Source: an uncultured delta proteobacterium (GTDB lineage Bacteria > Desulfobacterota > Binatia > Binatales > Binataceae). From it: 64,000 nucleotides of DNA. The stretch covers positions 523,058-587,057 of the forward strand of contig CAWDTQ010000014.1 of NCBI GenBank assembly GCA_963805315.1, written 5' to 3'. A model generated the notes under the pieces. That model ran no database searches. It was given only the letters and a program-made list of their open reading frames with translations, and was not told the DNA's origin. This document shows positions 55,142-64,000 of the stretch, one piece after another (position 1 is the stretch's first letter; each line of letters starts with the position of its first letter). A program made the position numbers and the translations under genes.

Positions 55142-55927
55142 TCAGACCGATCGAATTGCGCCGCCGTCGACGCGAATCAACGAGCCTGTCACGTAAGCCG
55201 CCAGCGGACTGGCAATGAATGCGGCGACCGCCCCGAACTCCGCGGGCGTGCCGAGTCGTCCGATGGGAATTGATTGCGCACTGCGCTGGATTGCTTCCTC
55301 GACGGAAATTTTCTGGCGCTCCGCGGCCGCGCGGCTGAGCTGTACAGTACGATCCGTCGCAATCGCGCCCGGCAGCAGCGTGTTGACCGTAATTCCATCG
55401 CGCGCGGTTTCCGTCGCGAGCGTCTTGGCCCATCCGACGATCGCGGCGCGCAGAGTATTGGACACTCCGATCGTGGCGATCGGCTCGACCACGCTCATCG
55501 AGGCCACGTTCAGGATTCGGCCCCACCTGCGCGCGCGCATGTCGCCGATCAACAAATCGGTTATTCGAAACAGCGGCAGGACCATCGCGTGATACTGATC
55601 TTCCCACACTTTGGCCGACACGCCGACCACGCCGGACGGCGGCGGACCGCCGGAATTGTTGAGCAGGATGTCGATCGCCCCGAGCTGTTTGCGCGTCGCG
55701 ATGACGGCAGCCTCGACGCTCGGCCAATTCGCCAGGTCCGCCGCGAATCCGATCGCGCTGGCGCCCCGCGAGTTGATTTCGGTAACCGCGCGATCGAGCG
55801 CCTCCTGTCCGCGCGCAATCAGCGCGACCGCGACGCCCTCAGCCGCGAGCGCGTCGGCGACGCCGCGTCCAAGACCCTTGCTACCGCCGAGAATCAGCGC
55901 CGTTTTTCCTTTGAGTTGAAGATCCAT
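55142..55927 (-). CDS. SDR-family oxidoreductase (FabG-like)
   Basis: Contains KGKTALILGGSKGLGRGVADALAAEGVAV (TGxxxGxG-type), NNSGGP and a typical SDR length of 261 aa. Confidence 0.9.
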   Translation of the reverse strand: MDLQLKGKTALILGGSKGLGRGVADALAAEGVAVALIARGQEALDRAVTEINSRGASAIGFAADLANWPSVEAAVIATRKQLGAIDILLNNSGGPPPSGVVGVSAKVWEDQYHAMVLPLFRITDLLIGDMRARRWGRILNVASMSVVEPIATIGVSNTLRAAIVGWAKTLATETARDGITVNTLLPGAIATDRTVQLSRAAAERQKISVEEAIQRSAQSIPIGRLGTPAEFGAVAAFIASPLAAYVTGSLIRVDGGAIRSV

Positions 55928-55948
55928 CTTTCGCCTGCGCGATCTCGC

Positions 55949-56509
55949 TCATGCGTTCTGCTTCTGTGCGCCCGGCAGGTAGTCGTCGAGCGGCACGCCG
56001 AAGCTGTTAAGCGCCCACGAGACCAGGTTGTACTGCCCGATCGTAAAAACCGCGTCCATCATCTGCTCGATGCTGTAGCGCTCGGAGAGCTGCTTCCAGG
56101 TCTCGTCCGAAACCACGGATCTCTCGCGCAAATCGTCGGCCGCCTGCAGCAGCGCGGCGTCATGTTTGTCCCAGCCCGCCTTCGGACCCTTGCTGACTCG
56201 ATCGATTTCGTCGTCGGTAAGGCCGGCGCTCTTGCTGATTCGCACGTGCTGCTCCCATTCGTACGGGGCCTGGTTGAGCCAGCCGATCCGCAGAATCAAA
56301 AGCTCGCGATCGCGAACCGGCAGCGATAGACGACCCATGATGTAACCGGCGAAGCGCGCCCAGCTTCGCGTCAGTTTTGGATTCTGCATCAACACTTTGA
56401 AGATGTTGATTACTTCGCCGTTGACCTTGTTGCGCTCGGCCATTTCGCGATCCTCGGCGCTCAGGGTCGAAAGGTCGCGAAAAGGGATTCGTTGCTTTCT
56501 CGCAGTCAC
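55949..56509 (-). CDS. Carboxymuconolactone decarboxylase (AhpD-like) family protein
   Basis: Contains LLILRIGWLNQAPYEWEQHVRISKSAGLTDDEI. GTG 56509 lies 6 nt after GGAGGA and is preferred over the longer ORF from 56578. Confidence 0.75.
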   Translation of the reverse strand: MTARKQRIPFRDLSTLSAEDREMAERNKVNGEVINIFKVLMQNPKLTRSWARFAGYIMGRLSLPVRDRELLILRIGWLNQAPYEWEQHVRISKSAGLTDDEIDRVSKGPKAGWDKHDAALLQAADDLRERSVVSDETWKQLSERYSIEQMMDAVFTIGQYNLVSWALNSFGVPLDDYLPGAQKQNA

Positions 56510-56643
56510 TGGTATTCCTCCGTCATCGTTGTTGCGCGCGGGACGAACTTGCTTCGCGCGATCAGCTTTAATCCACAATCGGAATTTTCTCCAGCCGGTC
56601 GGCCTTGCGCGGCGGTGTCGTGTCGCGCGTAATTACCTCGGCG

Positions 56644-57819
56644 ATGGAATCGTTTGACGTAGTGATCGTGGGCGCCGGAGCGGCCGGGCTGATGTGTGCG
56701 ATGACAGCCGGGAATCGCGGCCGGCGCGTGCTGCTGCTCGAACACAACGATCAGCCGGGCGCCAAGATACTCATCTCGGGCGGCGGCCGCTGCAATTTCA
56801 CCAATCTTGAAATAACACCGGAGCGCTTTCTTTCAGACAACCCGCATTTCTCCAAGTCCGCGCTCAGCCGCTACACGCAGCAGGACTTCATCGCGCTGGT
56901 CGAACGCCATCGAATTCGCTATCACGAGAAAACTCTCGGCCAACTTTTTTGTGACGGCTCGGCGCGCGAGATTCTCGCAATGCTGTTGGCAGAGTGCGCG
57001 GCGGCGCGCGTCGATTTGCGCACCGGACACAGCGTAGCCGGCATAACCCGCGCCGATCGCTTTCGCGTCGAGACCAACCAGGGCAGCTTCGTCTCATCGG
57101 CTTTGGTGCTCGCGACCGGCGGCCTCTCAATTCCAAAGATGGGAGCGACCGGCTTCGCCTACGAGGTCGCGCGCCAATTTGATCTCAAAGTCATCGAGCC
57201 GCGGCCAGGGCTGGTGCCGCTGAAAGTCACGGGCGAGACCCTCGCTCTGTGCCAAAATCTCGCCGGTGTTTCGGTGGGTGCGATCGCTTCATGCGGCCGC
57301 GACAGTTTTCGCGAGAACATATTATTCACGCATCGCGGTCTGTCAGGTCCTGCGATTTTGCAGATTTCGTCTTACTGGCGCGAAGGCGGCACGCTGTCGC
57401 TCAACCTCGTCCCTTCATTTGATATCGAAAGCTTCCTCGCGGACCGAAAGCGCGCGCGGCCCAAGGCCGAACTGAAGACCGTGCTCGCTGAAGTGATACC
57501 CACTCGCCTCGCACTATCAATGGTCGATGCCGCGGCGTCCGACATCCCAATCGCGAATGTTCCCGACCGCGATCTTTCGGCGCTGGCAACTCGGCTCCAG
57601 CGATGGCAGCTACAACCAAGCGGCTCCGAAGGATGGGCCAAAGCCGAGGTGACAGTTTGCGGAATCGACACCGCGGGATTCTCGTCGAAGACGATGGAAT
57701 CGCGCGCCGTGCCCGGTCTGTTTGCGATCGGCGAAGCGGTGGACGTAACGGGATGGCTGGGCGGCTACAATTTCCAATGGGCGTGGTCGAGCGGATGGTG
57801 CGCGGGTCAGGCTGTCTGA
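56644..57819 (+). CDS. HI0933/BaiN-like NAD(P)/FAD-dependent oxidoreductase
   Basis: Contains FDVVIVGAGAAGLMCAMTAG, KILISGGGRCNFTN and C-terminal GEAVDVTGWLGGYNFQWAWSSG. Confidence 0.85.
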   Translation: MESFDVVIVGAGAAGLMCAMTAGNRGRRVLLLEHNDQPGAKILISGGGRCNFTNLEITPERFLSDNPHFSKSALSRYTQQDFIALVERHRIRYHEKTLGQLFCDGSAREILAMLLAECAAARVDLRTGHSVAGITRADRFRVETNQGSFVSSALVLATGGLSIPKMGATGFAYEVARQFDLKVIEPRPGLVPLKVTGETLALCQNLAGVSVGAIASCGRDSFRENILFTHRGLSGPAILQISSYWREGGTLSLNLVPSFDIESFLADRKRARPKAELKTVLAEVIPTRLALSMVDAAASDIPIANVPDRDLSALATRLQRWQLQPSGSEGWAKAEVTVCGIDTAGFSSKTMESRAVPGLFAIGEAVDVTGWLGGYNFQWAWSSGWCAGQAV

Positions 57820-57833
57820 CTTGGTCGATTGCG

Positions 57834-58451
57834 TCACGCTTCGTGATGAGAGATCAGCAGGCGGCATGCGGTCTCCATATTTTCGTAGAGGCGACTGACC
57901 AGGATTCGGCCGCTGACCCATAGCAGCAAGTTCGCGTACCAGACCTGGCCGAGGATGTCACGGATTCCCTCGCGGTCGATGGGCCGCAGACTCGCCAGCT
58001 CTTCCTCGACGACTCGCCCCATAACGGCGCCGACTTCTTTGCGCGGCTCCTCGGCGCTCAAGTCCGGCGACAGCATCGACTTGACGAGGGCGCTGGCGAG
58101 CTTGGGCTCGCGCTCGAGCGCGCGCGTAACCCGGCGCACGAAGTCCATGATGCGATCCGCTCGATTCGCGCCGCGCAGCGGATGACGCCACAGGTGCTCC
58201 TGGAGCTCCTGCGACCAATCGGTCCAGGTGAATGCGAGCAACTGATCCTTCGACGAGAAATAGCGGTACAGAGTTCCGAGCGCGACTTTCGCGCGCGCCG
58301 CCACGTCGCGCATCTGAACGGCGTCGTATCCCCCTTGCGCCGCGAGATCCATCGCGGCAGCAACGATACGCTTGCGGCGCGCGAGCTGCGTCGCCCGCAG
58401 CGCGTCAGCCTGCGGGATTCCATTGACGAACGATTCTGTCGGTCTCTTCAA
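57834..58451 (-). CDS. TetR/AcrR-family transcriptional regulator
   Basis: The HTH is RIVAAAMDLAAQGGYDAVQMRDVAARAKVALGTLYRYFSSKDQLL. It overlaps the upstream CoA-transferase stop by 4 nt. Confidence 0.85.
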   Translation of the reverse strand: MKRPTESFVNGIPQADALRATQLARRKRIVAAAMDLAAQGGYDAVQMRDVAARAKVALGTLYRYFSSKDQLLAFTWTDWSQELQEHLWRHPLRGANRADRIMDFVRRVTRALEREPKLASALVKSMLSPDLSAEEPRKEVGAVMGRVVEEELASLRPIDREGIRDILGQVWYANLLLWVSGRILVSRLYENMETACRLLISHHEA

Positions 58452-60823
58452 CTGCGCGCGCCTGCAGACTCTTCGAGCACGCCTTCGGCGACCAGTTGGG
58501 ACACTTCCGCGTCGTCCATCGCGAGGATCGTGCGGCAGATTTCGCGCGTGTGCTCGCCGAGCGCGGGCGCCGGCGCGACGATTGGATCGGGAATCGAGGT
58601 GGCGTGAAAGGCCGGCCCTTCGAACATCATCGCACCCACGCCGGGCTGCTCAATTTGTTGCGGGTAGCCGCGCGCAATCAGATGCGGATCGGCCGGCATG
58701 TCGCTCGCATACATCATGAACCCGGCGGGCACGCTGGCACGCTGCAGGATGTCGGTCACTTCGCGATCGCTGCGTGCGGAGGTCCACTCGGTCACGCGTC
58801 GATCGAGTTCCGCGCGCGCTTCGATTCTTCCGCCGGCAGTTTCGTAGTCGCGTGAGCGCGCCCAGTCAGGATCGCCGATAGCGGCGCGGAAGCGGCGCCA
58901 ATCGTCCTCGTTGCGAACTGTGATTGCGCACCATCGCTCGTTGCCGGCGCATGGATAAACGCCCCACGGCGCGCAGCGAGCGTTGTGATTGCCTTGCGGC
59001 TGGACGGACCCAGGTTCGAGCGACGCCTTGAGCATCAGATCGGCCAGCAGGCCGATGATCGTTTCGACTTGCGCCACTTCCATGTGGCCGCCGACGCCAC
59101 GGCGCTCGCGCGCGAGAAGCGTCGCGACAGCTCCCAGAGCTAACATGCGGCCGGCGAGGTGATCGGGATGAATCGCGCCTGACCCGGGCGGCATCCCACC
59201 TTCCGGAAAGTTCCACAGCCAGGTCATCGCGCCGGCGGTGCGGCTGTTGGGGCCAAACCCGATCCAATCTTTCCACGGACCGCTCGCGCCCATGAGCTGG
59301 CTCGAAGCAAATACGATGCGCGGATTGATTTCGCGCATCTGCGGATATCCCAGGCCCATTTTTTCCATCGTTCCGGTGGAACTGTTCTCGATGACTACGT
59401 CGGAAACTGCGACGAGCCGTCTGATGATGTCGAGTCCCTGCTGGCTGCGCAGGTTGATGCCGAAGCTGCGCTTGCATCGGCTCGACGAGGCGAACGACGG
59501 ATTCATTTCCGTGCCGAATATCGCGCGGATGAAGTCGGGGTGCGCTCGCGTTTCGATCTTGATTACATCGGCGCCGTACTCGGCGAGTAATCGCCCTACT
59601 TCGACACCCACGCCGCCGATTCCGAAGTCCAGCACGCGCAGCCCGGTGAAAGGATGTCCGCGTTGCGCAGAGGTCGCGGCCGGCGCCGACTTTGCGACAG
59701 GTGTCGGCGTGTCGCGATTGTGCTCTCCGATGGCGGGAGCACGGCCCGTGAAGCCGAGGCGGCTTCCGTCGAGGATGAAGAAGCCGTCGGCCACGTCTCC
59801 ATGCACGCCGACCGCCGCTTCGGTTTCGCGAAAAGTCTTGCGAGCCGCGAAATGATCCGCCTCGAGCACTTCGTCGGGGCTCAGCACCGGCGTCATCGCG
59901 AGGCCGCGCCGCTGCGCCTCGACCGACAGTTCGATCCTGGTCTTGTCCTTGAAAAAATTCGCAAACATCGGATCGAGAATGTCCGTCTGAATCGACATCC
60001 GCGCCAGCAGATGGTCGAAGTGGTCGGCCTGGAGGACTGGCGGTTCGCCGAGCCACGCGCGCATCGCGCGCCACTGCCGCGGACTCACGATGATCAGGCG
60101 GACGTAGCCGTCGGCGCATCGGTACATCGTGTAGAGCGGCGCGTTGCCGCTGCGGAGTTCGAAGTATGCACCGCCTTTTGCAGCGCTGAAATTCGGCAGC
60201 GCCCAATCGGTAGTCTGCGCCGCCGCCTCCATCACGGATACGTCGAGATGCTGCCCGCGTCCCGTCTTCGCGCGATCCCACAGCGCCGCGACCGTGGCGA
60301 ACGCGGCAGTCGTGCCCGCGATGTCGGATGCGAGCGCGCCCGGCGGCAACAGCGGAGGCTTGCCCGGGACGCCTGAGCGGAAGAGCAATCCAGACATCGC
60401 AACCAGGACCGCGTCGGTCGCGTCGTAGTCGCGATACGGCCCCGTAAGTCCGAAGGGGGTTATCGATGTGATGATCAGTGAGGGATGACGCTCGAGTACC
60501 TCGCGACGATTGAGATCGCCGGCACGATGCGATTCGACCCATACGTCAGCTGCGTCGAGCAGACCGTCGAGTCGCCGACGCCCTTCGGCGGCTTCGAGGT
60601 CGAGCGTGATGCTCTTCTTGCCGAGGTTGCGGACCGCGAAATACAGGCTGGTGTCGCTTTCGTTGTGAAACGGTGGGATTCCTCGAGACGCGGCGCCGCG
60701 CGGCGGCTCGACGCGGATCACTTCGGCGCCAAGGTCGGCGAGCAGCCGCCCGCATAGCTCGCCGTGGTCCGCGTGATCGATCACGCGGATGCCAGCCAGC
60801 GGACGGTCGGAAGCAGACGCCAT
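58448..60823 (-). CDS. Fused tandem family III (CaiB/BaiF) CoA-transferase, two complete modules in one 791-aa protein
   Basis: Module 1 reads LAGIRVIDHADHGELCGRLLADLGAEVIRVEPP. Module 2 reads FTGLRVLDFGIGGVGVEVGRLLAEYGADVIKIE. Each is followed by ~350 aa of CaiB-like sequence. Confidence 0.85.
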   Translation of the reverse strand: MASASDRPLAGIRVIDHADHGELCGRLLADLGAEVIRVEPPRGAASRGIPPFHNESDTSLYFAVRNLGKKSITLDLEAAEGRRRLDGLLDAADVWVESHRAGDLNRREVLERHPSLIITSITPFGLTGPYRDYDATDAVLVAMSGLLFRSGVPGKPPLLPPGALASDIAGTTAAFATVAALWDRAKTGRGQHLDVSVMEAAAQTTDWALPNFSAAKGGAYFELRSGNAPLYTMYRCADGYVRLIIVSPRQWRAMRAWLGEPPVLQADHFDHLLARMSIQTDILDPMFANFFKDKTRIELSVEAQRRGLAMTPVLSPDEVLEADHFAARKTFRETEAAVGVHGDVADGFFILDGSRLGFTGRAPAIGEHNRDTPTPVAKSAPAATSAQRGHPFTGLRVLDFGIGGVGVEVGRLLAEYGADVIKIETRAHPDFIRAIFGTEMNPSFASSSRCKRSFGINLRSQQGLDIIRRLVAVSDVVIENSSTGTMEKMGLGYPQMREINPRIVFASSQLMGASGPWKDWIGFGPNSRTAGAMTWLWNFPEGGMPPGSGAIHPDHLAGRMLALGAVATLLARERRGVGGHMEVAQVETIIGLLADLMLKASLEPGSVQPQGNHNARCAPWGVYPCAGNERWCAITVRNEDDWRRFRAAIGDPDWARSRDYETAGGRIEARAELDRRVTEWTSARSDREVTDILQRASVPAGFMMYASDMPADPHLIARGYPQQIEQPGVGAMMFEGPAFHATSIPDPIVAPAPALGEHTREICRTILAMDDAEVSQLVAEGVLEESAGARS

Positions 60824-60845
60824 TTGACCCCTTCGCGGGCGCTGC

Positions 60846-62156
60846 TCAGGCGGCTTTGCGCGCGGCCGGCGTCAGGCGCACCGGCAGATGCTTGAGTCCG
60901 TTGATGAAGTTGGATCGCAGCCGCTTGACCGGGCCCGTGCGCTCGACCGACCCGACCCGCTTGACGAGCTCTTCGAACAGGATGCTCATTTCCATCCGCG
61001 CCAGGCTGGCGCCGAGGCAGAAGTGCGGGCCGCCACCGCCGAACGCCACATGCTGGTTGGGCGTGCGCCTGATGTCGAAGGTGAACGGATAGGGAAATAT
61101 TTCTTCGTCGCGATTTGCCGAGATGTACCAGATGCTGACCTTGTCGCCCGCCTTGAATTTTTGTCCGCGCAGCTCCGTGTCGCGCGTGACGTTGCGGCGA
61201 AAGAACATCACCGGCGACGCCCAGCGCAGGATTTCCTCGGTGGCCGACGGCGCCAGGGCGGGATCCTTCGCCAGCATCGCAAACTGCTGCGGGTAGTCGA
61301 GCAGCGCGTTCATCCCGTGCGACATTGCGTTGCGAGTCGTCTCGTTGCCGGCGACCGCGAGCAGCAGAAAAAATACGTTGAAGTCCATCTCCGAGAGCTT
61401 GTCGCCGTCGAGGTCCGCCTTGAGCAGGGCCGTTACGATGTCGTCGCGCGGCTCTTCGCGCCGCTTTTTCGCGAGCTCGTTCGAGTACATGTACATCTCG
61501 ATCGCGGCATTCTGCGCCATCTGCTGGCTGACCGAGTACTCGGGATCCTTGCTGCCGATCATGCGGTTGCTCCATTCGAAGAGCTTGTGCCGATCCTCGT
61601 ACGGCACGCCCAGCATCTGCGCGATTACCTGGAGCGGAAGTTCGGCGGCGACGTCGGTCACGAAATCGCAATCGCGCTTTTCGAGCGCCGGCTCGAGGAT
61701 TTCAACTACCATCTTGCGGATGTGAGGGCCGAGCGCGTTGATCATGCGCGGCGTGAATCCGCGATTTACCAGCGAGCGGTAGCGGGTGTGATCGGGCGCG
61801 TCCATCGACAGCATCATGCGGCCCTGCGCCGACAGGTCGGCCGCGGCGTCGGCGTCCTCGAGCGCGACCACGCCTCCGCGCGACTGCTCGGAGGAGTAGG
61901 TGACGCCGTCGCGACCGACTTCGACAACGTCGTCGTAACGCGTGATCACCCAGAAGCCGGGACCGCCGGGCTCGTGATGCTTGTAAACGGGCGCGTTGTG
62001 CCGCAGGTAGGTGAACCACTCGTGCGGAACATTATCTTCGAAGATGAGTGGGTCGAGCAGATTGATCTCGCGAGCGTCCACGGCAGTGCCTCCTCGAAGC
62101 AAATCACCAAAATAGAATGCGTTCCAATGTACCAAGAATTCCGCCGCGTGCGTCAA
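60846..62156 (-). CDS. Cytochrome P450 (actinobacterial CYP124/125/142-like lipid or steroid side-chain hydroxylase type)
   Basis: The heme loop is HVAFGGGGPHFCLGASLAR. Also present are the ExxR motif (EEILRW) and the I-helix LLAVAGNETT. The subfamily resemblance is from memory only. Confidence 0.9.
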   Translation of the reverse strand: MTHAAEFLVHWNAFYFGDLLRGGTAVDAREINLLDPLIFEDNVPHEWFTYLRHNAPVYKHHEPGGPGFWVITRYDDVVEVGRDGVTYSSEQSRGGVVALEDADAAADLSAQGRMMLSMDAPDHTRYRSLVNRGFTPRMINALGPHIRKMVVEILEPALEKRDCDFVTDVAAELPLQVIAQMLGVPYEDRHKLFEWSNRMIGSKDPEYSVSQQMAQNAAIEMYMYSNELAKKRREEPRDDIVTALLKADLDGDKLSEMDFNVFFLLLAVAGNETTRNAMSHGMNALLDYPQQFAMLAKDPALAPSATEEILRWASPVMFFRRNVTRDTELRGQKFKAGDKVSIWYISANRDEEIFPYPFTFDIRRTPNQHVAFGGGGPHFCLGASLARMEMSILFEELVKRVGSVERTGPVKRLRSNFINGLKHLPVRLTPAARKAA

Positions 62157-62177
62157 TGGAGATGAGGAACTTAATTT

Positions 62178-62236
62178 GATGTGAAACCCGCGGTGGGTTT
62201 CACGCTTCCTTCAGCAGGGTGACCCCTGCACCCAAT
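62178..62236 (-). repeat. Full inverted copy of the two-hairpin REP/MITE-like repeat, in the divergent P450 / nitronate-monooxygenase intergenic region
   Basis: Hairpin gtgaaaccc-gcggt-gggtttcac (62181-62203), a 13-nt spacer, then GGGTGACCCCTGCACCC (62217-62233). Its reverse complement aligns to 35086-35146. Confidence 0.8.
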
Positions 62237-62320
62237 GTTAAGTATTCGTGGCTGGACTTTTGGGGTGCGCGATTTTAGTGTTCGGAGTTAGAACACGTTC
62301 TCTCCACGAGGATTCTCACG

Positions 62321-63451
62321 ATGCATACCGAGCTTTGCGACCGACTTGGGATTGAGTTTCCGATCTTTGCTTTCAGCCATTGCCGCGACGTGGTTGCCGC
62401 CGTTACCAAGGCCGGCGGATTTGGAGTGCTTGGGGCGCTCGCCTATCCAGCGGCTCAGCTCGAGTACGAACTGAAGTGGATCGATGCGCAGGTGGGGGAC
62501 AAGCCCTACGGCGTCGATATCGTCATCCCGGGAAAATACGAGGGCATGGGCGAAGTCGATCCGGTTAGACTCGAGCAGCAGCTGATCGCGGCGATCCCAC
62601 AGCAGCATCGCGCGTTCGTCGACAAGATCCTCGAGCAGCACGGTATCCCCGAGCTGCCGGTGGAGGAGAGAGGCGGCAGCGACCTGCTCGGATGGACGGC
62701 GGCCACGGCTGCGCCGCAAATTGACGTCGCGCTGCGGCATCCGAAGGTAAAACTCGTCGCCAACGCGCTCGGCACGCCGCCCGCCGACGTGATCGAACGA
62801 ATCCACGATTCGGGCCGGCTGATGGCGGCGCTGTGCGGCGCGACCAAGCATGCGCTCGCGCAGAAAAAGGCCGGCGTCGATATCTTGATCGCGCAAGGAC
62901 ACGAAGGCGGCGGGCACTGCGGCGAAATCGGCAGCATGGTGCTCTGGCCGGAAGTGATCGACGCCGTCGCGCCGATCCCGGTTCTCGCCGCGGGCGGAAT
63001 CGGAACGGGCAGGCAGATCGCCGCGGCGCTCGCGATGGGCGCGCAGGGCGTGTGGACGGGATCGATCTGGCTCACGGTGCAGGAGGCGGAGTCGACTCCC
63101 GCGCAGCGCGAGGCGTACTTCCGCGCGACGAGCTCCGACACGGTGCGCTCGCGCTCGTTCACCGGCAAGCCCGCGCGCATGTTGCGCAACGATTGGACGC
63201 AGGCGTGGGAATCGCCAGACGCGCCCAAGCCGCTCCCGATGCCGATGCAATATCTCGTTGCGGCGCCAGCCGCGGCACGCGCGCGCCGCTACGGGGAGAA
63301 GGGAACCGCGCTGGGCTTCAATCCGGTCGGGCAAATCGTCGGTCGCATGAACGAGATTCGGTCGGTCAAGGAAGTCGTGTACCAGATGGTCGAGGACTAT
63401 CTCGCGGCGGTCGAGCGGCTCGACAAATTGACGTCGGCGCAAACGACTTAA
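62321..63451 (+). CDS. Nitronate monooxygenase / FMN-dependent NPD-family oxidoreductase
   Basis: Contains [40 protein letters not shown] and [28 protein letters not shown]. Confidence 0.85.
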   Translation: MHTELCDRLGIEFPIFAFSHCRDVVAAVTKAGGFGVLGALAYPAAQLEYELKWIDAQVGDKPYGVDIVIPGKYEGMGEVDPVRLEQQLIAAIPQQHRAFVDKILEQHGIPELPVEERGGSDLLGWTAATAAPQIDVALRHPKVKLVANALGTPPADVIERIHDSGRLMAALCGATKHALAQKKAGVDILIAQGHEGGGHCGEIGSMVLWPEVIDAVAPIPVLAAGGIGTGRQIAAALAMGAQGVWTGSIWLTVQEAESTPAQREAYFRATSSDTVRSRSFTGKPARMLRNDWTQAWESPDAPKPLPMPMQYLVAAPAAARARRYGEKGTALGFNPVGQIVGRMNEIRSVKEVVYQMVEDYLAAVERLDKLTSAQTT

Positions 63452-63483
63452 GTACCTCGACCGCAACAACTGGAGAATTACCG

Positions 63484-64000
63484 ATGAGCGAGCAGCCGCA
63501 TGCGATCGTCGAGCGCCACGGGCACGTTCTGACGATCACGTTGAACCGGCCCGAGGCGCGCAACGCGCTCTCGCCCGAAATGATGGAGATCATGTCGAGC
63601 ACCTGGGACGAGGTGAACTCGAATCCTGACATCCGGGTCGCGATCATCACCGGCGCCGGCGGCGCGTTTTGCGCGGGCGCGGATCTGAAGGCGATGACTC
63701 GCATACATCCCGGCGACAACTTTCGCCAGGGCAACGCCGGCGGTCTCAGCGCGGGCGTGATCAAGCCGCTGCTGAAAGGATTTCGATTGACGAAACCGCT
63801 TGTCGCCGCGGTCGAGGGTGCAGCGATTGCCGGCGGTACGGAAATTTTGCAGGCCACCGACATCCGCGTCGCCGGCGAGAGCGCGCGCTTCGGCGTCTCC
63901 GAAGTCCGATGGGGACTTTTTCCGCTCGCGGGCTCGACGGTGAGATTGCGCCGCCAGGTTCCGTACACCGTCGCGGCCGACATCCTGCTGACCGCGCGAC
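63484..64000 (+). CDS. Enoyl-CoA hydratase/isomerase (crotonase) family protein, 3' end outside the window
   Basis: Contains [37 protein letters not shown] and [15 protein letters not shown]. Confidence 0.85.
   Translation, partial: MSEQPHAIVERHGHVLTITLNRPEARNALSPEMMEIMSSTWDEVNSNPDIRVAIITGAGGAFCAGADLKAMTRIHPGDNFRQGNAGGLSAGVIKPLLKGFRLTKPLVAAVEGAAIAGGTEILQATDIRVAGESARFGVSEVRWGLFPLAGSTVRLRRQVPYTVAADILLTAR

Noticed and set aside
58866-60542. 558-aa alternative-frame ORF, plus the 62288..63469 (393 aa) and 60888..62165 (425 aa) ORFs
   Set aside because: They overlap strongly supported genes (CoA-transferase, nitronate monooxygenase, P450) in other frames or strands. Their composition is typical of GC-rich shadow frames.

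Overview
This is a 64-kb chromosomal fragment from a high-GC diderm bacterium. LPS genes (waaF-like, lpxD), TolC/RND efflux genes, porins and lipoproteins support the diderm call. Phylum cannot be assigned from sequence alone. About 60 protein genes and one cluster of four tRNAs can be supported.

Gene content by region:
- 0-5.3 kb: two convergent class III nucleotidyl cyclases, one of them a large Zn-ribbon/cyclase/STAND-like ATPase/TPR protein.
- 5.6-13.3 kb: zwf, beta-oxidation-type genes, a PhzF-like protein, a peroxiredoxin and a Kelch lipoprotein.
- 14.2-19.6 kb: a vapBC-like TA pair, waaF-lpxD, an alkA-like glycosylase, crcB-DUF190 and RidA.
- 19.8-27.9 kb: an aminotransferase, a secreted phosphoesterase, mscL, a diiron/SCP2/desaturase group and chrA.
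- 27.9-35 kb: a more AT-rich accessory stretch with an MmeI-family type IIL R-M gene, an HTH-MNT/HepT TA pair, gene remnants, a methyltransferase, a cupin and a WYL regulator.
- 35-49.8 kb: envelope and transport genes (GT-C glycosyltransferase, Tat aldo/keto reductase, outer-membrane proteins, RND pump).
- 49.8-54.2 kb: an AT-richer island around the tRNA-Pro/Arg/His/Lys cluster.
- 54-64 kb: a lipid/CoA-ester catabolic cluster (LLM oxidoreductase, SDR, TetR, fused double CaiB, P450, nitronate monooxygenase-like protein, crotonase).

Most notable observations:
1. An in-frame TGA sits exactly at the active-site Cys of a peroxiredoxin and is followed by a SECIS-like hairpin, making it a candidate selenoprotein.
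2. At least 13 frame disruptions hit otherwise well-conserved genes, including lpxD. This looks more like assembly indel error than gene decay, and it colours every pseudogene call here.
3. Imperfect direct repeats show that a ~1-kb TA cassette sits exactly at a stop/stop junction of two convergent genes, next to truncated gene remnants.
4. A ~60-bp two-hairpin intergenic repeat family is present.

No CRISPR array, integrase, transposase or reverse transcriptase was seen.
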